Source: Ostrea edulis (Eukaryota). From it: a DNA stretch of 64,000 bases. Each line of letters opens with the position of its first letter. Positions within the stretch are counted from its first letter, which is position 1. The translations under genes were made by a program, and so were the position numbers. The stretch spans positions 3,720,001-3,784,000 of the forward strand of contig NC_079173.1 of assembly GCF_947568905.1 (NCBI RefSeq). Direction: 5' to 3'. The notes under the pieces were generated by a model, which was given only the letters and a program-made list of their open reading frames with translations, did no database searches and was not told where the DNA came from. Positions 38,301 to 51,700 of this stretch are shown here, one piece after another.

Positions 38301-40779
38301 TCAACCGGAGTGTGGAAGCTCTCGCTCGACTTTGATTTGGAAGTCGACTCAAACTCAAACAGGATGGAGTTGGGAAGATTGCCATTGACTGTGCTGTTGC
38401 TGTTGTTGGTACTGTCGGTGGGTATCTCTAACATCGTCATTAAGGGATCCGGGAGAGCTAAGCTGGAGGAGTGTCTCGATATACTACTCGTTTCATCACT
38501 TCTGGTGGAAGATCCACTACGTGAACTGCTCCTTCCATCATTCTCCTCAATAAGGGTCTGAATGATTCTTTCCTGGTTGAATTCACTGCTGCCATGACTA
38601 CCGCTGTTGAGGTGGGAACTCTGGGAAGCCACACCGAGAAGATCACTGCTGCTGCTGGTTTTCGAGAGCTGCTCATTTAAAACTTGTGTATGGAGCCGGT
38701 CTATGTCTGTTTCTTCTGTTTCTTCCAAAAGGTTAGTAAAGGCAGGCAAGCTGTCACTGAAATTCGGAGGAATTTCAACCTCTTCTGCAGTTATATTGTT
38801 GCTTGGGTGGTCCATGCATGTCTCTATACCATCAAAGAGTGGAAGCACTGTTAAATTTGTGTCTATGTGAGGGAAGTCATTCAGGCTATTCACATCATGA
38901 AGATAAAGAGTCTTAAAATCGTTTGTAATATCTGACAATATATCCTTTGGGGTAGCCAAAATAGACTTTTTAAAGCTTTCGAAATTAGGGTGTTCACTTT
39001 TCGAGTCTTTAGAACTTTTATCAAAGTCTGGGTCATGAAGCTTGGAAAAAATCTCAGTAGTGTGCCTGGGAGAGACTTTGTTTTCAACCTTGACTGAATT
39101 CAACACTGTTTCTACGTCATCCTCCAGTTTCACTGACGTGCCCAAGATATTGGTAATACTTTGTTGAATGACCACACGACTGTCAAACATTTCAAAGTTC
39201 TCGTGATTATTCAAACTGTGCTCCACTTCCTTCATAATCCCATCTGTTGGTTCAATCTGTTTATTGGATGGCAGACGCATATCATCCTCCACGGTGTTCC
39301 CAGAATTCAGAACCGAGTACAGATTGTCTCCAAATTCATCTGAAAAAGACACAAGATAATCCCTGTCAAAACCGCAAGCCTTACATTCACAGTCACGTAC
39401 CAATTGATTTTCTTTTTGTAATGTTTTGGTCCTTTTTACCGTGAAGCAAAGTGTTATACGATCAAACCTCATTATCTCAAACTCGTTGGCTCTGAGAAAA
39501 AAATTAAAAGAGATATCCAAGAATTCGAGATTTAGAGGGTAAAATATTTAAAGAATAAGTAGTGGGGACTTCCGAATCGATGGTATTCAAGATACTGAAG
39601 TTCGACTGTAATTTTTTTTATAATTCTGTTCTATTGTTTATTGTATTTTTTTTTTACTCAATTAGGTATGCTACGCAGCAGTATACAGTTATTGACTGGG
39701 TTGAAGGACAGCAGTATACAGTTTTTGACTGGGTTGAAGGACAGCAGTATACAGTTATTGACTGGGTTGAAGGACAGCAGTATACAGTTAATGACTGGGT
39801 TGAAGGACAGCAGTATACAGTTATTGACTGGGTTGAAGGACAGCAGTATACAGTTATTGACTGGGTTGAAGGACAGCAGTATACAGTTATTGACTGGGTT
39901 GAAGGACAGCAGTATACATTTATTGACTGGGTTGAAGGACAGCAGTATACAGTTATTGACTGGCTTGATGGACAGCAGTATACAGTTATTGACTGGGTTG
40001 AAGGACAGCAGTATACAGTTATTGACTGGCTTGATGGACAGCAGTATACAGTTATTGACTGGGTTGAAGGACAGCAGTATACAGTTCTTGACTGGGTTGA
40101 AGGACAGCAGTATACAGTTATTGACTGGTTTAAGGACAACCGCTGTTTTGTTTGATCCAAATACGGATCTGTTGGCCCAAATCCTTAGGCTGTTGTCTAG
40201 GGACCCACTCTATAAAAATTCTTCTTCTTCTTGATGAAATGTAAGTAATATAGAAAAGAATAATAATGCTGTTTTAATTAAACTATTTCCTCAGCTCAAA
40301 TAAGTCACGAAAATGTCAGGACTTTGTGACACAACACTTTGTTAAAATAATGTTGCAGTACGTAACCATCGTGAAGCGCAAAGTTTACAGAAAATGATTG
40401 ACAGGTGTAGATCAAAGACAAACATGCACATAACTCCACCTACTAATGAACTGAAAGGCAGCATGCTGCATCATCTCCTTCGCAGTTGGTCGATCTTGCG
40501 GTTTTTTCTCTAACCCAATTTGAATCAGGTTCCATAACTCCTGATGAATGTTCTTTGGAATGTCTTCTAATGGTGCTGGCTTGGTGGCAATCTATAAATA
40601 ACACAGGCTCAGTGGGTTCCATATTAATTATCTAAACTATCTATATCTCTATCTATCTATCTCTCTTTCTCTATAAATATATATATATATCCAAATGTGA
40701 AAAATTGCCTCAATGTCTGGTAATCAATAGGTAAAAAATATGATTTACAACATGTTGCCATATCTTATTTAATTTTTTA

Positions 40780-40824
<45 letters not shown>

Positions 40825-42719
40825 CACACTCGGAGGGTTCCGTATTCATTTTCTAAATATTTTGAATAATAAATGATCCCCTAACTCAAACATCTGTGCA
40901 TCAAAGGACCCCATTGGAAATAAGCTTTTGAGCTTTCATGGGTGATCCTTGGTATTTATGTTTGTATGTATATTCTGAATAAACACGGCTTACTTGTGTG
41001 TCTCAATTAGGAAAAGAGCGAAAACTATGGAAGATACAAGTTATCCATTGATTTTTGACTCTTGATGTAGGAAATAATATAATTTTATATCTATCATCAT
41101 CTGTAACTTTCGTAGTCAATATAGATCAGCAAAACTTTAACTTGGGTCGAAAATCCAGTGAACTGAGTGAGGAAGTTAAAAATCTAATCGTAACTCTAAG
41201 AGGCGAGAATCAAAAAACTTAGGAAATCGCTCGCCTGTTGAATATTAGTGAATCTACCCTTAGATTTGTTTGAAAGAAATTTATTCAATAGGGAAATGTG
41301 GAAAATTTACCATGAAATGGTAGACCTCGAAAGTTGTTGCACAATGATGAAAACTGAGTTATATGGGAGGTCAACAGACTCACAATTAAGTGATAGAGTG
41401 ACTTAGATTTTCAGCATAACTACAATTTCAATAAAAAATTCAACTTGCTAAATATTTCAGCACATCTCAGACCTACAACATACTCACTGATCCGTTACCT
41501 CACACCCCAATACAGACCTACAACATACTCACTCTGATAAATATCTATTAAAATATTCTTTACCAAGAAATGTATGGCCGTCGCACTAGGGTACCGCTTC
41601 ACCCATGGGGGGTCCCCACTAAGAATGTGAACCAGGACACATATGGCTGCCCAGAGGTCGGATTTGAAGGCGTGTCCACTGCTCTCGGCTTTCTCTGGAC
41701 TGAAGTGAGTGGGTGTGCCCACAAGACTAGAGACTTTTGAGGTCTGCCTTCGAGCCACACCAAAGTCAGCTAGGACTATCTCTTTGCCATCTTCTCTCAT
41801 GAGAATGTTGTCAGCTGTAAAAAAAAAAATCAATATTGAATGGCAGATCAATCAGGGGGCAGGTACAGTGTAAAAACAAAATCATTCTCTTAAACAAAAA
41901 AATCATAATTTTCATCAAGATTATTATGTATAGTTAAGAACATGTACTACTTTAATTTAGCATATAAATATCAAGATAATGGTTGAACTCCCGAAAAATG
42001 AATTATACAAGGTTTTTTTTTCTCCCAAAAAGAACCAAGAGGCCCATGGGCCACATTGGTCACCTAACCCTGCTGTTGTTCCGCTGTTGTAATATTTTTA
42101 AGGATTTTTTTTTTCCAATCTTCATTCCAATGAGAAATTTTTACCCCATATTGTGACCACAACCTCGCCCCAAAGGGTCATGACATAACCACGATACAAG
42201 GTCAAACATGTCACGAGGAATCTATACGCAAAATTTGAAAGTTCTACCTTAACAGTTCAGAAGATATTGCCTTAGTCATTTTTTTTCAAATAGGCCAAAC
42301 TTCAAGGTCAAGGTTACAAGGTTAAAACCTTAGGTACCTTCACTCATTGAAACGTAAGCAGCTGTAAGTGAAGTACCACAAATATCGACTTATACCTAGC
42401 ACTCAGGGCCATAACAGTGGGGGTTCTATATCATACCAACACCTGCTGTGACGCAGGACCTCAGATTTTAAGGTTATGTCCGAACGACCACTGAATCTTA
42501 CTTCTAAATGCTGAGTGTTTGGTGAAGGAGCAATCACTACCTATTTTAGTGTCTTGAGTTTGATGCGGCCATGGCACGAGTGGGGCTCAAACTCACGACC
42601 TCCCGGTTACGAAGCGAATGCTCTACCACTGAGCTACTCACAAGGAATGCATACATCAAATATGAAAGATATATTGCTCACCATTTAAAAGTTATGAGCA
42701 AGGTTAAAGTTCTGAAATG

Positions 42720-42752
<33 letters not shown>

Positions 42753-45700
42753 ACATCATGACATTAAATAAAATTTCTTGCCATGAGGAATCCATAAACA
42801 AAAGTCCTACCTTAAATACTTCAGAGGATATTGTCTAGGTAAGGTTTTCTTAAAAAGTAGGTCAAAGTCCAAGGTCAAGATCACAAGATTGAAAAATTTA
42901 GTATCAAAAAAGGTCTAACCCCAAGAAATGCACATATGAAATATGAGAGTCCTATCATTCACCATTCAAAAGTTATGAGCAAGGTTAAAGTTTTGAGGTT
43001 TGGGTCAAATTCCAAGGTCAAGATCACAAGGTCAATCATGGCATCAAATGAAATTTCTTGCAATAAGGAATCTATATATATACAAAATACAAAAGCCCTA
43101 CCTTTAAATATTTCAAAAGATGTAGCTTAATTAGGTTAAGTTTTCTTAAAAGTCCAAGGTTAAAAACTTTAGTACTAAAAGAAAGGTCTTATCCCAAGGA
43201 AAAGTGAGAGTCCTTTCACTCACTATTCAAAAGTTATGAGCAAGGCTCGAGTTTCTGAAATACAGACAGGACAAAACACTATGCCCACGACATTATTCAC
43301 GGAGGCATAAATAGAACTGGGATCCACACAACTTGGGAATTTTATATGCATTTTGATATGATTTAGCGTGGCCTTGCTACTCTTAAAAAGAATTTGCTTT
43401 TATTAATTTTCCAAACATTCCAACATTAAGCTTTGATCTCCTATTGTGGTCCCACCCCAACCCCCAAGGACCCCAGCATTGAAAAACTTGAATTTGCACT
43501 ACCTGCAGGTGCTTGTGTATTAGTAGGACTCATCATGGCACTATTGCTCTTAAAGGGACATGGACACAATTTCGGTGGGGAAAAAATTAGATGATGAATC
43601 AATATTGTAATATTCTAGTATCTGATATGTGTGAAACATAGCAAGAAACCTAACCTCAAAAGCTGATGCAAAGATGTATTTGAAACATCTTAATTCTTCG
43701 TGTTAACACATTATGTGTCTAAAAATTCATAATGGCACCAATGTTGATGGCTTTGGTGAAAAAAACTTTAAGAAATAAATTATTTCAGTTCTTTTTTCTT
43801 TCAAAATGCACCTAAATTGATTTATCATTAACCTAGTTGAAATGTTGAATGCTTTTGACATACTCTTAAAAACCTTGGTGTTCTCACACCCACATGCATA
43901 ATGAAGCTTATTCAAATGTACATCTCCTTCGATATTTATGTTCGATTTGATTAAACATTTCAATACTACAGTATTATAGGAATAAAATGAAACAAAAATC
44001 TCTATTAAAACTACAGTTGTTGAAATAAAAATAAATTATATAGTTTCAAAATACAGCCAATCTGTTTGCACACTTTCCTTCCAAAATGAGCCGAGTGCAG
44101 ACCATGTGACTATCTCATTTGCATACTACATATGCAGATGCTATTTTCCCAATCATTCTCTACTAATTCTGATGTACAAGAACGCTTTCTTACATTTTAT
44201 GTCCTCATGAATGACTGCTTTTTTTTCCAGGTAAATCAGAACTTTTAACAGTTGATGAAACAACTGCAAAGCTTTTTTCTGACTCAGACGTCTCTTCAGG
44301 GTCTTCTGGGCTTTTATGATGTCAGTAAGATTTCCTCCTACAAAAGACATAAAATTTGACAATTACATATTCCATCAACTGATTGAATAACATTTGTATC
44401 TATATCAGTACATGTTGAAGATGACCCCCTTAAATGACTTTCAATTTTTTAAAGCACTGAAAGTTTATTTTGATTGTACAATAAATGCAACATCTTTTAT
44501 ATAAAAAAATATTGATGATCCAAAGCTATCAATCACAAATGTTTAACTATTTGAAGTTCTGGTTTTTGAAGTTCTGGTTTTTGAAGTTGGTTGTTTTTTT
44601 TTTTTTTACAATAAAGTACATTTTTGAACTATTATCCCTTCTGCTAGTATAGAGAGCTTAGTAAAATCTAACTCAATTACAGCATTATTATATAATTATA
44701 TGTACATTGTATATCATATAATTATATGTACATTGTATATCATATAATTATATGTACATTGTATATTATATAATTATATGTACATTGTATATCATATAAT
44801 TATATGTACATTGTATATCATATAATTATATGTACATTGTATGTACCTATCACAGAAAAATCTAGAAATAGAAACCATGTTCTCTAATGCGTTCAATATT
44901 TTCTAAATGAAAAACAATAATAACGATAAGTGGTACTTTCAGTGAAATATCTAGAAAGCTGACCCGTCAAAAAGGGCCCCACTAAGGTGCCTGACGGACA
45001 AACAGATGAAAATATTTAATCTTCCCAAGGAAACTTAAGTTATCATGTGTCAAGATGTAGGGTTGACAGACAGACAAAAATCGAAAGGGGACTTCCTTTG
45101 CCTAATGGAGAATTATGTACAAAATTTACAAGAATCTTTTAATGTAAGCGCAAGACTTGGTTATTCCATGCTACAATCTTATTTCAAAATTTAAAAAAAA
45201 ATTGAAGTCCCATAACTCTGCTGTAACAACAAAGATGACAAGATCTGAAAATCACAAGGATTCTTCATCTTCCTAATCCGAGTATTAGCTTTGAATTCTA
45301 TGTCCTCAATTTACTGCATGCCATAGAAAGAGCTATATAGTGAAAAATTCCAAGTCCCATAACTCTGTAACCACAAAGCCAATAACTCTGAAAATTGAAA
45401 GGGGGTCTTCATTAACGAAATCTGCGTACTGTAAATTCCTAAATATATGAGAGGAATTTATTATCGCACAATTTCGCTAGAAGCATCACTCGCGAATTAT
45501 AATTGCTCGCTTTTATTTTAATATTGCTATAAATATATGAAAAGACTGTTGATCAACAGAGCACTCGTGAATTTATCTTCTCGCGATTTAAAGTAAACAA
45601 GTCATTTCGCGATTATAAATACTCGCGTAAAATAAGAAATCTACAGTATTATGCATAAAATTCATGAAACTCTTTCCATGAAAACTTAAGGTAATGTGTG

Positions 45701-48700
45701 CCATTGAAAGTGTTGACAGACGGGCACAGTGATTACTGTAGGGCACCTGTCATATGGCGGGGCCCTAAAAGACAAAGAGCAAATTAATGATAAAAAAGTT
45801 TAGCATCTGATGTCACGTTACAAGACATGGTACAGAAGTCACTGATATTATCTTGGTTTCTCATACAAGAAATAATGATGCTTGAAGAGAGAAATAACAA
45901 GTGATCTAGAAGATAATTCTAAAACTCTAATACGAATCCTACCAGAAATGAATTCCGAAATGATGTAAATCTTCTCCTTTCTGCGAAGTGCTCCGTGGAA
46001 TTTGACGATGTTTTGATGCTCCAGATCGGACCAGATCTTGATTTCGTCCTCCCGGTACTTGGAAATGTGAATCTGTGACACAATTATCAATATTATTCAG
46101 TACCTAAGTAAATGTGAAATGTGAATCTGTGACACAATTATCAATATTATTCAGTATCTATGTAAATGTGAAATGTGAATCTGTGACACGATTATCAATA
46201 TTATTCAGTACCTATGTAAATGTGAATCTGTGACACAATTATCGATATTATTCAGTACCTATGTAAATGTGAATCTGTGACACAATTATCAATATTATTC
46301 AGTACCTATGTAAATGTGAATCTGTGACACAATTATCAATATTATTCAGTACCTATGTAAATGTGAAATGTGAATCTGTGACACAATTATCAATATTATT
46401 CAGTATCTATGTAAATGTGAATCTGTGACACAATTATCAATATTATTCAGTACCTATGTAAATGTGAATCTGTGACACAATTATCGATATCATTCAGTAC
46501 CTATGTAAATGTGAAATGTGAATCTGTGACACAATTATCAATATTATTCAGTATCTATGTAAATGTGAATCTGTGACACAATTATCAATATTATTCAGTA
46601 CCTATGTAAATGTGAATCTGTGACACAATTATCGATATTATTCAGTACCTATGTAAATGTGAATCTGTGACACAATTATCGATATCATTCAGTACCTATG
46701 TAAATGTGAAATGTGAATCTGTGACACAATTATCAATATTATTCAGTATCTATGTAAATGTGAATCTGTGACACAATTATCAATATTATTCAGTACCTAT
46801 TTAAATGTGAATCTGTGACACAATTATCGATATTATTCAGTACCTATGTAAATGTGAATCTGTGACACAATTATCAATATTATTCAGTACCTATGTAAAT
46901 GTGAAATGTGAATCTGTGACACAATTATCAATATTATTCAGTATCTATGTAAATGTGAATCTGTGACACAATTATCAATATTATTCAGTACCTATGTAAA
47001 TGTGAAATGTGACACAGTATTATCAATATTATTCAGTACCTATGTAAATGTGAATCTGTGACACAATTATCGATATTTTTCAGTATCTATGTAAATGAAT
47101 GTATATGGGTACGTCTTTTACAAAAACGATAAAATCCAACTCAAGAAATGTATAATCTTGCTCAAAATCAAGAAAGAGAAGAACTCTTCGGTTGTACAAC
47201 CTTGCTTCTGATCCTTTAGTATATACCATATATGCAGAATATTTAACGAGAATTTAATTTTGGCTTTATTAGTGACATTGTTGAGATCGCTAAAATTGAA
47301 TATAGCTAATATTTATTCCATATCTTTTTTTTAAATTCTGAAGTCGGTAAAATTAGCTAAATATATACCCATAATTTATGGACAAATCGCTAAATTTCTG
47401 TCTCACTAAAAATACTACTTATACGGTATTACACAAAATAAAAATGTTCAAATCAAAGATTTCCTAAAACTTATAAATGTCTTTAAATTTCTACATGTGG
47501 TATAAAATTGATCCAATTGCATGCATTGACAAAATCAATCACAAGCTATAATACATTTACAGCTGAGATTTAACCTCTAACCTTTTTTATACAGAACTGG
47601 TACTCTGTATTATAGTCACTGGCCAGGTGACAATTCCCAAACATTCCTCTCCCAAGGTGCACGAGTCGTACCCATTGGAAATCCTTCTGATAACGATGAC
47701 CCATGATAATCAACTTTCCCTGTAATTAAATTGCTCACTTTGTAAATACACTAGCTGTCACACAATCCTCAACGATAAGGTCAAGCTAATTATGTTCATA
47801 CCCAAGCAGGCAGCAGAGAAACTCTTGATGGGCTGTTTACAATGCATATCTATCATCTCAAATGTTCCCAGTGTTAAAATCTTGTGTGTATTTTTATCAC
47901 CTCAAATGTTCCACATGATAAAAATCTTTTCGTTTTTTATCATTTCAATTTTCCACATGTCAAAAATCTTGTGTGTATTTTATTACCTCAAATGTTTCAC
48001 GTGTTAAAATTATTTGGGTATTTTATTATCTCAAATGTTCAACATGTTAAAAATCTTGATGTAAAACAATAAAAATATAACTGATCATTCAATGTAGATA
48101 GCCAACATTTTGACTTTCTGAATGCATGAATAAAAGCAATATTTTAGCCTTAAATCTGTGTTATGTAAACAAAGACTTGAGTCTTTTTATGAATACAAAC
48201 AAACCAGTGAAACGTTAATTTTGTAATATAAAGCATCTTAATTTTGCATACTAAAGAAGATTCCACTAGGACACCGTACGAAAGAACAAACGCAAGCGCT
48301 AATATGACAAGTACATAAATAGTGTGATTCAGCGCCAAACTGACCCCGAAATGGACAGCGGGACAAGCACCAGACAACTGAGAGGTCACCGTGTTCTATT
48401 GGTTGGACTAACAGAAAGCTGTTTTTCTTACTTTACAGTCAGGGTAGATAACACCTTCCTCCTTGACACTCTTCTGCAGCAGTTTGCCGAATGTTTTGTA
48501 CTGTTGTCGGAGGTCCTCCCAGTACTTGATAACCTCCAATAAAACATCTCTGTAACCATACACTACCTCCCCTGTAAACACAAAACAATGTTGTCAGTAT
48601 CTGAAAACCTTTCGGTGTTTTCCCACTTATTTCCAAGATGTTGGATATTTTTAAAGAATATTAAAGCCCCTTGTTTCTCATGTCCCAGTAATCTGAGATT

Positions 48701-51700
48701 CAGGGGCATCTAAAATATTTGGTCTGTTTGTCTGCAAAAATTTAACCTTAGCCATAACTTTTGAATGGATGATGATAGGGATTTCATATTTCACATGTGT
48801 ATTCTTTGTGACAAGACATTTCTTTTGGATTTTCTACTTTGACCTTGGAGTTTGACCTACGCTACTATTGAAAAATTCATTAAACTTGGTCATAGCTTTT
48901 GAGCAGTTAGTGCTAGGGCTTTCATATTTCACAAGTGTATTCTCAAAAATACAATCACCCTTGGATGACAAAGTAATTTTGAATAAACAAACCATAATCA
49001 TGTGACAAGTCCTTTCTTTTGGTACCAAAATGTTGACCTCCTGACCTTGAAGTAATGGCCGAGTTTTAAATTTTCAGAAGTAGGCCATACTTTTAGAAAT
49101 TTAAACCTCGGCCACTATGTTTGACTGCTTAGAGATAGGGCCTACATATTTCACATACATATTCCAAGTAGGATCTTTCTCCGGGTACAAAATTTACTTT
49201 GCAGCCATACAGGAGCATAAATGTTTTACAAACACATCTTGTCATATCCTAAAATGAAATTATTCCTCACTATCAAAAATACAATCACCCTTGGACGACA
49301 AAGTAATTTTGAATAAACAAATCATAATCATAAAGAACCACTAATAGTAATTTCGCTTTTGCCTTCTAATCATTAGAGAAACCTAACACCTATCCCTGGG
49401 GACCTCTAATCATTAGAGAAACCTCTCACCTATCCCTGGGGACCTCTAATCATTAGAGAAACCTCACACCTATCCCTGGGGACCTCTAATCATTAGAGAA
49501 ACCTCACACCTATCCCTGGGGACCTCTAATCATTAGAGAAACCTCACACCTATCCCTGGGGACCTCTAATCATTAGAGAAACCTCACACCTATCCCTGGG
49601 GACCTCTAATCATTAGAGAAACCTCTCACCTATCCCTGGCGGTCCTGTGGGTCTCTCTTTCAGAGAGTGGAACTCAATACCGGTAGGCCAAGGATGACTT
49701 CCCTCATTGATGCTCTTCAATTGATTGCCGTAGGTTTTATCTAGAGAGAAAGGTTCTGAAGAAATCGAGGACTGAGATTCACTTTCAGAGGGGTATTCTT
49801 TCTCCACAGCAACAGCAGAAATATCGGGGAAAGCATCAGACTCAACATCAAGAATTTTATTTGCAGATTGTTCTTTGAAGGACACTTTGCGGACCAATTT
49901 TCCCTCTACAGGTGGCCTGGTCTGTGCATTTGTTCTTGGTATAGTAAATGACGGCGGTGGCCTGGTCTGTTCATTTGTTCTTGGTATAGTAAATGATGGC
50001 GGTGGCCTGGTCTGTTCATTTGTTCTTGGTATAGTAAATGATGGCGGGGGTCTTGTTACCAGGGGGGAGGATGGGTGTGTTATTATTCTATCCACAGATC
50101 CAAATCGAAGAAGAGGCTTCTTTGGTCTTGGCTTTGGTGTACGAAAATTTTGTCTTGACATCTCTACGATGGTTCCATCCTCCAATTTCTTTACAATGGG
50201 TTCCGACCTGGATGTCCTCTCCGGAGGCGGTGGTTCATATTTTTCTGGCAAGTTCAGGCTTCTATCCGATTGGTCTTCGTGAATGATGGTTAGTGATGGC
50301 ATGTATGCTGTGCTGAGGCGTTTTGGGACCGGTGGTGGATTAACTGGACTCCCTGTTCCATATCCTACCATATTTGGATTTATGCTAATTAAACTTGTCA
50401 TGGAAAAATAGTTTTCTCCTCCATCCTCCAATTTGGTCTCGGAAATCTCTTTTTTACTTTGGATGTATCCCCCCATGTACTTCTTCAGCTTTCTCCATAT
50501 CTTGTCTTCTTTGGTGAAGATCAGCATGGGATCCTCGTTGATCAGAAACGAGATCTTCCGACAGACCAGCACGGGACAACTGGTACTGCTGTCGCTGGCC
50601 CTACAGAGGAGCACGTGCTGCTGAACTAGACGAAAGAGCTGAGTGCAAAGGGTACATTTCTGGACCTCGCTGCTATAACTGCTGTTACAATTGCCGAAGT
50701 GAGAGGTCAAAGCTGTCAAGCAGGAACATATCTGACAAAGTTCAAGGTCATTATCGGACTGCTTTCGTAGACAGAGCACTAGGCATGGATTGATGTCCTC
50801 GATGAAACCCTTGATATCTATCATTAAATCTGGAGGAATATTCTGTAGGGTAAAAATAACAAAAGAAAAATGAAAATAGTAGGTGAAGTTTTAAGCAATA
50901 TCAGGTGCGTCACTTTGGTGTCAGAAATTTTTGACATTTTTTTTGAAATTTTTTCCCTAAATGTCTGTCATAGGCTCTAAGAAGGCTTGATCGCAAAAAT
51001 TACTTGCAGGGAACCAGTTTATCACAGGTGAATCGCAAAATAAAGTAGCCGCAAATAAAGGTTAGGTTTACAGTAATTATTTCTACAATAGAGTGTTATA
51101 AGTTACACTATGTGGTGATAGTAACACCTTAGCTGGTTACCTGATCCAGATTAAGCAACAGTCCCAGAAAATCGGACAATTGAGCCTGTCCATTTCGTAG
51201 CTGACCGTGTGTTTTCCTGCGGTACTTATAGTTCTGATCCACTTCCTGGTTCGTCGAGTTTATTCCCTTAGATCTCGTGAACAGGTCCCTGCTTGGTCCT
51301 CTGCCGTTGAGTGGTGGGTCCTCCTAAATAAAAGGCATAAAACGCCCAATGTACATATCCGTGTACACATACAGGAGTATGAAATCAATGTACATATCTG
51401 TGTACACGTACAGGAGCACGAAATCAATGTACATATCTGTGTACATGTACAGGAGTATGAAATCAATGTACTGTACATATCTGTGTACACGTACAGGAGT
51501 ACGAAATCACATATCCGTGTACACGTACAGGAGTACGAAATCACTTGTTAAAAATATTTCTTATTTCACAAAAGTATATTTTAGAAAATTTCAATGCCGA
51601 CAAAAGCTGATAATACTCTATCATTCTTATTCATAATTTGTTCCCTTTCCTTGTCATCCATTTCCATGAAATGTTCACTTCCTCAGAGTGAGCACACATC

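Noticed and set aside
37820-39444. Several short plus-strand ORFs
   Set aside because: Antisense shadows of the large coding exon.
40140-40210. Candidate exon with a WD40-like SGSLDNSLRIW in one frame
   Set aside because: No donor/acceptor pair fits the phases of the flanking kinase exons, which join in frame without it.
39562-40234. Overlapping repeat ORFs on both strands
   Set aside because: Translation of a 36-bp minisatellite.
43551-43740. Complete Kolobok element starting TTAAAGGGACATGGACAC
   Set aside because: No matching right end or second TTAA was found, so it is only a fragment.
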